DNA of 64,000 bases from NCBI GenBank assembly GCA_964106915.2, contig OZ066914.1; one strand, written 5' to 3'. Shown here piece by piece: positions 13,601 to 25,743 of the stretch. Every line of letters begins with the position of its first letter. The stretch's first letter is position 1. The notes under the pieces were generated by a model. It was not told the DNA's origin and did not search any database. It saw nothing but the letters and a program-made list of their open reading frames with translations. A program made the position numbers and the translations under genes. This DNA is from Podarcis gaigeae (taxonomy: Eukaryota).

Positions 13601-16600
13601 CATACAGGACTCACAAGAAACCTATGGTGGGGTCCACAACCACCAGGGCCTCGGTTTTTCCAAATCAGCTCCAGGTGTTTCATGCACGAAATCACGAAAT
13701 AAAAGCAAGAGAACACAGAATTTGCATTTCAGATGGGAGGAGCATTCCACTATCTATCTAACCTTCAAAGAGGGAGATGGTGGCATGAGGAGGTATTCCA
13801 GCAAAGGATACCCTTGTGTAGGCCATAGCTTCTCATATTACCACTCTGCTATGGTAGCTTCTATATTGCCAATGTAATACAGTACAAGATTACCAATGAC
13901 CATGCACAATATTTCAAAGCTAAAGTATAAAATATGTAAACAATCACCACATATGGTGCAATATAAAGATTGACATTTGTATTACTGAAGACTGTGACAG
14001 AGTTTCAAAAACCAGTTCAGCACTTCACTTTCAATTTCAGTAGCCAAAAACATGAACTTCTGTATGGGATATATCTAAAGGAGAATTAATTTAGTTACTA
14101 TTTTCAGTGTCCCCTCACACTGTATAAATGACTAAATTTGGCAGTGTGCCAAAAGATGTGAGCTGAACTGTTACACAAAATAAATATTGTTTTCACAAGG
14201 TCTGGTTCTTAAGGGGGGGAAACTACTTGCTCACAGAGAGAGAAAGAAAGAAAGAAAGATCTGTTCCATCTCCAACTGATGCTAGAAATATATTCCCTCT
14301 ACACAGGAATTACACAACTTATTAGAAATAAAGGGTGACATTCAAATACTCAGAACACACCCACTAAAATTAATGAACATAACTAAATTAAGTTGATTTC
14401 CATTGGTCTACTCTAAGCAAAACTTAATTGAATACCACCCAAACTTTTTTTTTTGAATACCATCCTAACTTCTTGATTCTCATGCCTCTTGCTAGGAGAA
14501 CATAAATAAAAAGAGGAAGGTACTCACAAAAGCAGAATTGATAGAATCCACAAAACTTTCCTCATCCATTCTCTGAAGTTGGGATGCATGCTCATGTGAC
14601 GTGGACCAAACCAAAGAGCTGACAGTGTCAGAGAGCTGACCAGCATCAGGAATTAAAAACACAAAATATCCAACTATTACGTCTCTAAAAAATAACTTCC
14701 CCCACCCTAAACAAGTGCAAGGAGTTCATAACTTTAAGAGGAGGATTAATGAAGATAAAACAACATACAGTAACTGATTTTTTAAATATCAAACTAGCGC
14801 TTAAACAAAGAAAGGCAAAAGACAAATATAAAAAACAGGCAAGTCAAGTGTTACTAAGTTATTTACCGGGAGGAGAGCAATTGGTCCTGATGGAAGGAAT
14901 CTCTGCCATGCTACGTTGTTATCTGTTGCCTGCAGCACATGAAAACCAGAAGACAGATTCATATTATCAAGTTTCCATCACCTGTTTTGACTGTTCAGAA
15001 GATACAGCCCAAATGACCAATTTTCTGGGATCTGACCTCAGATAAGTGAAGGGTAGCAACTACAGCTGACTGTCCATATTGATACTGAATATTTTGAATA
15101 CCAGCTGCCTTCCGGACTATAGAGTTCTGCCCATCTGCACCAATCTGTAGACAAGAGAGATTAAAAGAACCCATTAACAGTTTTAATAAAAATTAATTCC
15201 TTCAAGTCTCATTATGAATAATCAGCCAGTAACTAGTTATAGAAACCCAAATATTCCCTCTGCATTTCAATATATAACTTATTTATGTATAAAAATGGCT
15301 TTTCCCTATACCCAGAATGCCATCATGTTTAATTACTTCCTAGTAAGACTGTTTAGAACCACAATGTTAATCCAAGTATAACCACACTGAACATGTTTTA
15401 CTACTAACCATTATAACCCTTTGTGCTGATTAAGTAGCATCACACGAGATTACAACCAAATCCAACAGAAGAACCTAGGAAGAGACAGTGCCTGACCAAA
15501 CAGAAGATGAAGGCTTACTTACCAACAGTTTGGTCTGTAGCCTGTGTCCATTTGCTAAATCAATTTGGATCCAAGGGCTTGAGTCAGAGGTTTCATAAGG
15601 AAGGGGCAAGGAGTAGCCAACTGCTCGACTCCTGTAAAGAACTTCAACGCGGTCTGATGGGGGCACAATATATTGATGTCACCAAATGAGTGAAGCAAAG
15701 AAGCAAAAAAATCCTAAACTACTCAGGCAGAACAGCTCACTAAGTTGCCGAATTCCTATCTTGAAGTACTTTTTTGGCTGTTGGTTAGGCACCTCCCAAT
15801 TTCTAAGCCAGGGGCAGAGACACTGTACCATATTGAAAAGGACCCAATTTCAAGAAAGCATAATCATTATTTATTTAATTTCTATACTTCTAAAATTGAC
15901 TGCTATAACCCCAAGTTATATGATGGACATAAATGTATCCCATTCTCACATGCCTCCACTCAACCCAAATCACAGAGAGTTTCAAATAAACCAAGATTGG
16001 AGAAAGTAGCTCCTACCTGAAACTGCATCCAGTTGTTTGGTTAGAGCAGACATGATAACATCATTCTCCACTACATAACCCATGTCTTCCAAGTTATCTT
16101 TATCAAAGATTATCATGGCCTCAGAACAAGCATCCCACACCTGTAGAGAAGAGGAACAGTATTAACAACAGCAAAGAGGATACAAGACGCAAATACAGAC
16201 ATTTTCTCCTTTATTGTGATGTACAAAATGCAAGGTAACCTCTGATAAATGGAGAATCAAGCCATACAATGACATTAGTATGAAAAAGAAAGGAAATACA
16301 AAAATTATAAACTTCTTCTTCAAGTGGTCCACTACTTATTATTTATATGCCATTCTTAAGAACTCAAAACACTTCACTTACGGTATATTTTTATTTAACA
16401 ATATTTTTATACTGCTTGTGAAACCTCTTTGAAGCTTATAAGAAACATTAAAATTATCAACAAATACAGTTAAAAACCAGAACATTCAAAAATAAAAATA
16501 AAAATTAACAGGAAAAGAGATTAAAAGATGTCAACATCTACATGTTGTCTGGATAGGCTTGCGTAAACAAAAATGTTTTAAGCAGGCACCAAAAACAGTA

Positions 16601-19600
16601 AAGGCACCTGCCTGGTATCAATAAGAAGAGTTCTAAAAGTAGATGCCCCAAAACATGAGTTCAGTTATATGTACACCTCCCACCTAATGGTTTCTGAGGA
16701 CAATGAGCAAGTGGCAAGGATATGGTACACTTCCTGGAGGCTAAGTTCAGGTAATTAACAAATAACTACTTAGCCTTAATCAACTGAACATGCACATGGA
16801 AGCAGAGGCAGAGGGTGCATGACTGAGTTATTCTCTTTTCACACTTTTGAGGTCTGTGCAAAGGGGGAACCCACCAGGAAATACTAATGTTCCTGTTGAG
16901 AGTATAGTTTACCCATCTCCCTGCAAAGAATATATATGAACCCTTTGCACAAGACTCTAGAAACAAAATTGAATGTCCTTGCTTGCATGGACTTCAGAAT
17001 TACATTACCACCCACAGACACAGTATATATGTTGCAGTACCAGGCACCTGCATCCGTCGAAATGGCTTGATTCTCATATTGCAAATATGATCCCAAGCAC
17101 CAAAACCAAGAAAAGAAAGAGAACGTTAAAGGAATTGTTCTGACACTCTGCAAACTTTTAATGGGGAACCCTCAGGACCAATTCAAATTCCCTCACTATT
17201 TCCATCTGGTTTCTTTCTACTCTCCCTTATTTGCTTGTGGTTTGACTGTGGCCCAACTGTCTAGTTGGGATGTGGAGGGTTGTAAGAAACAAAAGCAGTG
17301 AAGTCCCCAAGGATGGTGAAAGCAAGGACACTGTTATGGAAGCTTCAGGGCAAACCTTGGAGTAGCAATGAGTAACCTGTATTCCTCCAAATGCTTAGTT
17401 GTCTGTATAAACTATTTTAGGGAAATAAATAAGAAAAAGCACCTGTCACTTCACAGATGAACAGATTTGCAGTTATGAAGAGGAAAGTTCTAAGATGTTT
17501 GTCAGAAGCTGACTAAAGGAGTGGTGCACCATTTAATTATACTCGACAATTTCTAAGAAAATACCCCCAATGCACAGAGCCAAGCAATTATGAACAGAAA
17601 CAGTGACGTAATCTGGACATGTCCCAACAAGCAACTAACTAGGAAATCATAACACAAAGAAAATCCTGCTGAATCAGACCAAATGCTCATTTTGTCCAGA
17701 ATTTTGTTCACAAAGTGGCCACAAGGACATGTGGACAATAGTACCATCTTGTTTATGTTTTTTCAGCAACTGGTATTCAGATTCGTATAGCCTGATATTG
17801 ATGGGAATACATGACTAAGATAAAGGTAAAGGATCCCTGGACAGTTAGGTCCAGTCAAACAGATCTTGATAGTCTTAACCTCCATGAATTTGTCTGATTC
17901 CCTTTTAGAGTTGCCCAGCTTTTAAGCTGCCCTTTTAAAGCAGCTATCAATACATATTGTAGTAAGAAACTCCAGAATTTCACATCAACAGTCAATTTTA
18001 TTAGACGCTAGCTACAACACTAGAGGATTACTGAGGCCAGAAATATGACAGGCTGGTAACCATTTTTGACCTCCAAACAAAGAGCTCATTTGTGAACCTG
18101 AAAATTAATTTCAACAAGTGACCGTTACAAGTGCATTCTACTCCAGGTGACTCAAGCCAGTTCTACAATGTATGGGGTTTATTTTCCCCATCTATCCCAA
18201 GCCAGTATCCTATGCGGCACACAGGGTTTTATAGACTCACATCTGTAATTTCATATTCCAACATCAAAACACCATGCACGCATAGCTGGCAACCAAATAA
18301 CGGGTGAATGCTATACTTACTACTGAGAAGTGTGGCTGAACCAGGGGTGATAGCACTGACTCTATTACTGTAAGTCTTGGGCAACTGGTTAGATACTTTC
18401 TTTGGACGGGCTTCAAGTAGCAGAATTTTCTTATCAGACAGATGAACATCATGCCCTTATTAAAAGAAAAAGCCAGATGTTTAATAACATTTTAACCAAG
18501 ATTAATCAATAATTTAACATTCTGCAACAGGAGTTTACAAGAGATCTATTTTACATCTTCCCCTGAACATGCAGAATTGTTTAGCACTCTTGAACTCCAA
18601 AAAGTGAAAGCTAACAGTTCTAGAAGAAGAAGAAGAAGAAGAAGAAGAAGAAGAAGAAGAAGAAGAAGAAGAAGAAGAGTTTGGATTTGATATCCCGCCT
18701 TTCACTCCCTTTAAGGAGTCTCAAAGCGGCTAACATTCTCCTTTCCCTTCCTCCCCCACAACAAACACTGTGTGAGGTGAGTGGGGCTGAGAGACTTCAG
18801 AGAAGTGTGACTGGCCCAAGGTCACCCAGCAGCTGCATGTGGAGGAGCGGAGACGCGAACCCGGTTCCGCAGATTGGGAGTCTACCGCTCTTAACCACTA
18901 CACCACACTTTTCTCTTTTAGAGCCTAAATAAACTGTTGATTTAAAAAATAGCTACTAAAAGTTTTTTAAAAATAGCTACTAAAAGCTTTTAAAAAAATA
19001 GCTACTAAAAGCTTTTAAAAAATAGCTACTAAAAGCTTTTTAAAAATAGCTACTAAAAGCTTTTAAAAAATAGCTACTAAAAGATTACTTGAATCTTGTG
19101 GCACTTTAAAAACAAAAATTAAATTATAGTATAGGTTTTTGTAGAATACAGTTCACTTCATCCAATACATGATGTGTTATCTTGAGTTTCTGATATCTAA
19201 ACACATGGTTGCAGCAGAGGGGGGAGGGGGTTGTAAGCAGTGAAATCAAAGTAAAATTAAATGCAGAAATATGTCAGTGTACATATGAGTAAATATTCAC
19301 AAAAACTACTATGGGCAGCACTTGAAATGGACTCTGATGAAATGGACACTAGTTCTTTCAAGCTTATGCCACAATCAAAGTGTTAGTTTTCAGAGTGCCA
19401 CAAAACTCCTTGTTTTTACTGAATAAGCTAACACTGTTAACAACAAACTCCACCTGATCGGAATACAAGTTAATGCATTCTTCAATATTTGGACGCAGCC
19501 AGAATATTCCATGCACCAATAACCTTGGAATATTGTTACAGTTAAAGCCCTTTAGAGAGCTGTTCCTCCAGTCTATTCAGGTGCTGCCACTGGCTGCACT

Positions 19601-20080
19601 GAATGTTGGCGAAATACATGATTGGTATGAAACTCCTCAACACGACCGACATGAGATTTCAGTCCATATCACGAAGATTCGCCGCTTAAATGCTTTACTT
19701 GACGAAAACAATAACAATGTATATACATCAGCACAGCTGTAAACACTGTAGCCCACAACGCGTTTATTGCCTAAATTACGTCGGGAGGGCCAATGCTTCC
19801 CTATAGACCACCAACGAGCCCGAGGAGAGGAACTTGCAGGGATTAAAATTACGAATATGACCTGTGCAAGGAGGGTCTCTAGCCTGGTGATCTGCCTCCT
19901 ACCCAGTGCAGCAGCCATGGCGGTCCCGACCATGCCGCCACCCGATACCACCACGTCGTATACCGCCGTCGAGCCACTGGGTCTCACGAGGGAACGGGCA
20001 AGGCCGCTCCGGAGACAGAGGCCCTTCCCGAAAAGGGGCGCAACGCCCCGGCACGGTGACAGTCCCACCACGGCCGCCAT
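10611..20080 (-). CDS. COQ6: COQ6 ubiquinone biosynthesis monooxygenase (FAD-dependent), complete, 12 coding exons, 473 aa
   Basis: complement(join(10611..10640,11716..11882,12725..12840,13243..13445,14528..14635,14867..14929,15037..15144,15523..15653,16017..16140,17048..17106,18321..18455,19903..20080)) = 1422 nt. Motifs [12 protein letters not shown] (FAD), [37 protein letters not shown]. Confidence 0.96.
11716..11882 (-). CDS. COQ6: COQ6 exon 11 ([16 protein letters not shown]...[16 protein letters not shown])
   Basis: AG/GT boundaries, 167 nt. Confidence 0.94.
12725..12840 (-). CDS. COQ6: COQ6 exon 10 ([20 protein letters not shown]...FNGKDL)
   Basis: AG/GT boundaries, 116 nt. Confidence 0.95.
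13243..13445 (-). CDS. COQ6: COQ6 exon 9 ([14 protein letters not shown]...[20 protein letters not shown])
   Basis: AG/GT boundaries, 203 nt. Confidence 0.94.
14528..14635 (-). CDS. COQ6: COQ6 exon 8 ([17 protein letters not shown]...FVDSINSAF)
   Basis: AG/GT boundaries, 108 nt. Confidence 0.94.
14867..14929 (-). CDS. COQ6: COQ6 exon 7 ([21 protein letters not shown])
   Basis: AG/GT boundaries, 63 nt. Confidence 0.94.
15037..15144 (-). CDS. COQ6: COQ6 exon 6 ([16 protein letters not shown]...[10 protein letters not shown])
   Basis: AG/GT boundaries, 108 nt. Confidence 0.94.
15523..15653 (-). CDS. COQ6: COQ6 exon 5 ([13 protein letters not shown]...RLQTKLL)
   Basis: AG/GT boundaries, 131 nt. 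Confidence 0.93.
16017..16140 (-). CDS. COQ6: COQ6 exon 4 ([41 protein letters not shown])
   Basis: AG/GT boundaries, 124 nt. Confidence 0.94.
17048..17106 (-). CDS. COQ6: COQ6 exon 3 ([19 protein letters not shown]), preceded by TG rather than AG
   Basis: 59 nt, in frame with exons 2 and 4; acceptor ttcttttcttg|GTTTTGG; donor gtgcct. Confidence 0.88.
18321..18455 (-). CDS. COQ6: COQ6 exon 2 ([19 protein letters not shown]...[17 protein letters not shown])
   Basis: AG/GT boundaries, 135 nt. Confidence 0.93.
18622..18910 (-). mobile_element. tRNA-derived squamate SINE (Squam3-like) with (CTT)n tail
   Basis: Minus-strand head GTGTGGTGTAGTGGTTAAGAGCGG..GGTTCGCG (A/B boxes); tail is the (GAA)n run at 18623-18678. 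Confidence 0.78.
18623..18678. repeat. (GAA)n microsatellite
   Basis: About 18 perfect units. Confidence 0.95.
18941..19083. repeat. Minisatellite, six copies of a ~24-bp unit (TAGCTACTAAAAGCTTTTAAAAAA)
   Basis: TAGCTACTAAAAG recurs at 18950, 18974, 18999, 19023, 19047 and 19071. Confidence 0.92.
19903..20080 (-). CDS. COQ6: COQ6 exon 1 (MAAVVG...[19 protein letters not shown])
   Basis: aaaATGG start; donor gtagga; Arg/Ser-rich N-terminus resembling a mitochondrial transit peptide. Confidence 0.92.
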
Positions 20081-20355
20081 TTTGTGGGGGGAAGTGACGC
20101 TCACGTCACTCTCGCGCACCTTGCATTAACCTCAGCAGCACCTTGGCAACCGAGAGCGGCCAACAGAACCAGGCCAATGAGAGCCGAGAATTCTACCGGG
20201 TTGGGCGGGAGCTACGGAAAACAGACCGCGGTCATTGGCCAATGTGCGAGGAGCGACACAAAAAAGGAGGATGCCTATTGGCTAGAGCTACAAGCGGGCA
20301 CGGCGAGCTGGTAGCTGCGGAGCGCTGCGGGCGGCGCAGCAGGTGCGAGGGGGCG

Positions 20356-20427
20356 ATGACAGTGTCGGAACCCCCGGGAGCCGCGGGCGGAGCCGAAGCG
20401 GTGCTCCCGAAGGAAGAGATTCGACGG
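20356..20427 (+). CDS. FAM161B: FAM161B exon 1 (MTVSEPPGAAGGAEAVLPKEEIRR)
   Basis: gcgATGA start, donor gtatgc; resembles the mammalian N-terminus MTVG.P.GA.GGAE. Confidence 0.8.
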
Positions 20428-23400
20428 GTATGCGGGGCGGTTGTAAGCGGTCTGTTACCATGGCAACAGGCGGCGGTTGTTTGTTGCCATGGCTGCTCCT
20501 CGACGGCTTCACCTGAGCGGGAAATGGTGGTCGGGTATAATGGGGATGGAAGTGCGAGGGCATCCCTGGAGGAAACCGGTGGACGGCAGAGGGGAGCGGG
20601 CCAGACTTGTAACAGCAACAGTCACCACAAATAGCAAATAACATTTTTTTAAAATAAAAATATATTATTTTACAAGGAATAACCTCTCTCGTGCAACGGC
20701 GGGATCCCATTGCATGTGAACCCAAAGTTCAAGGGGTCTTCTTTACTCCCAGGTTAACTGAGCACAGGCTTGTTGGGGGGGGGGGAATGCTGGTTTTATT
20801 ATTATTATTTATTATTTGTACCCCGCCCATCTGGCTGGGTTTCCCCAGCCACTCTGGGCGGCTTCCAACAAGACCAAAAATACACTAAAATGTTACACAT
20901 TAAAAACTTCCCTGAATAGGGCTGCCTTCAGATGTCTTCTGAATGTCAGGTAGTTGTTTATCTCTTTGACATCTGACGGGAGGGCGTTCCACAGGGCGGG
21001 CGCCACTACCGAGAAGGCCCTCTGCCTGGTTCCCTGTAGTTTTGCTTCTCGCAATGAGGGAACCACCAGAAGGCCCTCAGTGCTGGACCTCAGCGTCCGG
21101 GCAGAACGATGGGGGTGGAGACGCTCCTTCAGGTATACAAAGTGCAAAGTGGTATACAGTATTTCGAATGGAAATGCATTTTCAAAATAGTTTTTTCTTC
21201 TGTGTTTGAAACCTTTGTTTTGTTGTTCTGATTTGCCTAGGTGTTTCCAATTAAAGCACAGTCTCCAGACTTGCAACTGGGTAGTAATATTTCTCTGCCC
21301 GATGGCGGTGAGCTGCTAGATTTCCTCCAGTCAGAGGAACAAATAGTAGGTGCCTCGAGTTCAGGAGAGGATTTTTACGACTCGCTTCAGGCCCTCAAAA
21401 GGAAAAACAGACAATGTTTGTTAGAACTAGGTCTGATATACCAGGTACAGTTGGAAAACCACCAGGAACCACCAGAGAACAAGGAGCTGGAAGACTTTTT
21501 CCAGGAAAATGGAAGATTGACATTGCCATCAAAGTTCCATGAAGCTTTGAGGTGAGATGCAAGAGAATCTATTGAAATCCGTACATTGATTCTCCTACAC
21601 AGGCATAGAGTTTTTACAGTAGTCTTGTGTGCTCCTGTTGGACAACTGATCAAATATAATAATGAAACAGATCTTAGAATATCATTATTCCTAAACTATC
21701 TCCTTTCATTTATTCAGAGTTCTCAAATATAACCTTTCTTCTGATTTATTTGCCAATGATAACATTTTTTACCATATCCTCAGATCTGGCAACCTAAGAA
21801 GGTTCAATTCATTGACTAACATCACTGCTGATAACCCAAAAGATGAGCAAAATCATCATTCGTTTCTTCAGTCCTTTTCAAGATCAAAGAGTGCTTCAGC
21901 TACATGGATCTCCCCTATCACCGTCCCTCAACCCTTCAATATGACACTTCGAGAAGCTTGCAGAAAATTGAAGTCCCATGCATTGTTTGAAATTGAATCA
22001 GCTGAGTACAAAAGACAAAGCCTAGAAGAAGCTGAATGCCAGAAACAGTTCAGAGCACAACCTGTGCCTGCTCACATCTATCTGCCACTCTACCAAGAAA
22101 TAATGGAAAAGAATGAAATTCGCAGACAAGTGGAAACACAAAAGAGAAGAGAACTACTCCTTTCAATGCAAAAACCCTTCAGTTTTCAGGAAAAAGAAGA
22201 AAAACGAAAGGACGTCATCAGACAGAAGATGCTAGAAGTTTTGACTCCAGTTGAGAAATCAGTACCAAAAGTTAGGAAGAAGATCCCCAAGTCCACCTAT
22301 GAACCAATGTTTGGGGATAAACTCAAAGGTAAAACAGCTTTTAATGCACTGTCAATAATACCTAATGGTGGTATGAAGGTATCTTCTTCATCTGCTATAG
22401 GAGACATTCCAGTTAGTAGATTCATTGTCTGTCATACCAGTACAAAAGAAATAAAAGAAAATAGGCCTTTTATCCTGCCATACCACAAAACACATTTCTT
22501 ATTTCAGAGTGAGTAGGACCAATCTGTGGAATTAGTAAAAACAGGACTCAGGGAAGGTGATCAACAATCACATAAAAATTAAGAGGAAACTTCTCTGATG
22601 CTACAGATTTGCAATGGTTGATGAATTGGGCATCCTCAGGGCCTTGGCCTCTGCCCCACCTCATAAACCTCTGGAGCTGATTAGCCTGAAAAATGGTGAT
22701 GGCTAGGAACTGTATCCTACTCTTTAAGGATGCCAACCTGTACCATCCCTTTGGGGAATTCTTCTTAATAGTAAAATGTATCCAGAAATGAATTGCTCCT
22801 CTTGGCTTGTTCCTGAAGCAGGGCTATGCAAATTTCATTTTATTATTATTATTATTATTATTTTTTAAATTTCTATACACTCCTTGATCTGAGGATCACT
22901 GGGCAGTTTACAATATAGAAACACAAAAACACATAACACAGTAACATACAGAAACTATGCCTCCCCCCCCCCACTGTTTAAAAGGCAATGGATTGTTTAA
23001 TTAGCCAAAGGTTTGGGAGACTTCATGTTGATCATTTTCCTTTCTAGAATACACAAGTTTTTGAAAAAGAATAGAAAAAGAAATAGAAATAGAAAAAGAA
23101 TGAGATTATTAAGTTGTGCTGCATTATATATCCCATAGTTTTTTATTTGGAAAAGATACGTGTTAGGCGGTTTCAAATGTTCTGGATTTTCAGTTATTGC
23201 TTTTGCTTTAACGCTTGGCTCAACCATTAGCCTCTCTTGTTATTAGTGTCATTAACACTTTTCTTCTGTTGCATTAGCCAGATTTACATACCCAGCCCGT
23301 TCATTACTGTTCATCACTGTTGCTTTTACTCCCCAGAAGCTGAACTCTTACGAAAAATCCGTATTCAGATGAGAGCCAAGGATTTATTGGAAAGTTCCTG

Positions 23401-25712
23401 GGCTCCTATTGAGCTTGGCAAGAGAAAAAAAGGATCCCAAATTACCTCTACAAACAGGGAGAAAAAACTGAGCTTTCTGCAGGATAACTTCAGTTTTAAA
23501 CCAAGAATCAATACATCTGTGCCTGACTTTGAAGGACTTTACTGGGCATTCCAGAGAGAAGCTTTAAGCAAACGAGAAATCAAAGAAACAACTCATAATA
23601 AACCATTCAGACTTAGAACATCTAATCTCTGTTGCAAACATCAAGTGCCTAATCCGGGGATGATGGTAAGAGGGATTGCTTTTATCTTTGTACTGCTTTG
23701 TATTCCTTTACATACAAATCACTCATGAGTGCAAAACACCAAATATACTTTACCATCCGTTTAACTCAGTGTTGAGATAGTTTTAGATGAAGGTTGGCTT
23801 TCTTTGGAACAAACGTCACGGAATAAAACAAGAAGAGTCTCAATGGCTCCAACTTATGCTTGAAGTCTTAACTGTAGTAGTACTTCTATTGAAGTGCATT
23901 TCAAATAGTAAATAACAACTTTATTACTATTAATATTAAATAGCAAATCACAGTGTCTGAACTAAATTTTGAAGGAAGGTAATTTGAAAAACAGAGAGAG
24001 TCAAAATAAAAACTGACAAATTACCAAGCCCAGACAACATCCACCCAAGAGTTCTTAAAGCACGTAAATGTAAAATTGAGGACAAAAATATGTAAATTGT
24101 CTCTCAGATCAGCCTCCATACCCAAGGACTGGAAAGTGGCCAGTGTAACCCTAATTGTTTTTAAAGGAATCCTGGAAAATAAATGCTGTTTAGTTTAACA
24201 TCTGATCTTTCCCAGGAAAACTGGTGGAAAGTATTGTTAAAGATTAGATCGGCAAAGCTTGTTCTTTTGTATTCTTGCTTAAGCAGATCCAGCATTACTT
24301 CTGCAAAGGCAAGTCCTGTCTCACCAACCAATTAGAATTCTTTGAGAGTGTCAGCAACCATATAGATAGAGGTTGACACAGTGTATTCAGACTTAAAAAA
24401 AAGCTTTCAACAAAGTACCTCACCCAAGACTCTTGTTCATCTTAGCAGTCATGGAGTAAAAAGAGATTTTCTTCTAGATCAGGAAATGGTTATGTATGTA
24501 GCAGGATAACATCCTGTTGTGTACAGGATGTGTTGCTTTCCACATCAGCAGCTCTTTGCCCCACTTACCTGTCAGCATAATGTTTTCCAAATGTAAAAAT
24601 GTGAACCTCATAAGAGACAAGCATTTGCAGGTTGATAATAACGAAGAGCAAATTACTGGTATATATGTGCATGCATGCATACAAACATACATACATACAT
24701 ACAAAGAGAGTCTAGCTGCAGCTAAGCACTGTATAAAAAGGTGTGTTTAAAAAAAACACCAATATTAAATATTCTTACTTTCAGGATTTTCAACAACCTT
24801 CCAGGGCTCCAATACAAAGGAGTCGGTCTTTGAATTACCTTTCATCCCTCTCCTCCAACACACTTCCAGTATATATCACAGATGCAGTGAGAAAGAGACA
24901 GTCTGCTATTAAGTGAGTAACTTACTCATTTAATTAAAGTATGAATAAGTGCAAAGGTGGAACATCCTGATCCAGACAATGCCTGCAAAACCTTGTAATA
25001 TAACCCTGCCTGCCCCGCATGGCAGGTGGAGGCCACCTATACTTTTGGATACCCCCCTGAACAAAATTCCCCAAAGCCTGCTAAAATTCAGAGTTAAGAG
25101 AGTACCACATATACTTTGAACAGTATAAGTTGTATAAGTTTGTATAAGTTTTGTTTTGGAAACCTTAGTGATTTTATTTTGAAAAGATCATATCCCATTA
25201 TCTGCATATATGTTTGTAGACGCCTTCAAGAGGATAAAAAATACAAGGAAAATGAAGGAGCTCGTTGGGCAGAGTTGCAGAGAAAGAGAGGTCAAGCTAT
25301 GCATAAGTCTCTGAATTGCCGAGCAAAAGCTTTGGATCCCCATAGAAGCTTGGAGGAAACACACAGAGAAAAACTGAAGCAAAACTGGTCAGTATGCTAA
25401 TTGGCTTTGGTAGCGTACTATTGAAGCAAAATCATTTCAGTTGGAATTACTTATAGCTCAGTATAAGAAATGGGTTTGGGCTTCAAGTGTTCATGGCCAA
25501 CAGACAGCAGTCGTATTATTTATTTACACTTCATGCTTATCTCAGCACTATCCTTAGATATAATTGGTAACAGAGCCCCATAATTTGAAAAATAATATAT
25601 TGTAATAGAAAAGGGATTCAGATTTGGATCTAAAAGGCTTTCCCAAAAAAGCAACATCTCATTACTGTGCCCCTCTTCTCTGCCTAACTGGGTTTTTAAA
25701 AATAAAAGTCTT

Positions 25713-25743
<31 letters not shown>

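Larger units (their letters stand above)
19880..20620. promoter_or_regulatory. CpG island / bidirectional promoter shared by COQ6 (-) and FAM161B (+)
   Basis: GC/CpG-rich; only 275 bp between the two ATGs. Contains a YY1-type GCCATTTT over the COQ6 start, a paired CRE half-site palindrome at 20093-20110, CCAAT boxes near 20173, 20234 and 20277, and RFX X-boxes at 20454-20467 and 20483-20496. Confidence 0.88.

Noticed and set aside
17120-17136. U12-type branch-point-like TTCCTTTAAC upstream of COQ6 exon 3
   Set aside because: The matching donor is GTAAGT, not the U12 consensus RTATCCTT, so minor-spliceosome use does not explain the TG acceptor.
18941-19083. Regularly spaced palindromic repeats resembling a CRISPR array
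   Set aside because: No unique spacers, vertebrate intron, no cas genes; a simple minisatellite.
20143-20725. Several overlapping 120-160 aa ORFs in the COQ6/FAM161B CpG island
   Set aside because: Stop-poor GC-rich DNA; only 20356-20427 fits a spliced gene.
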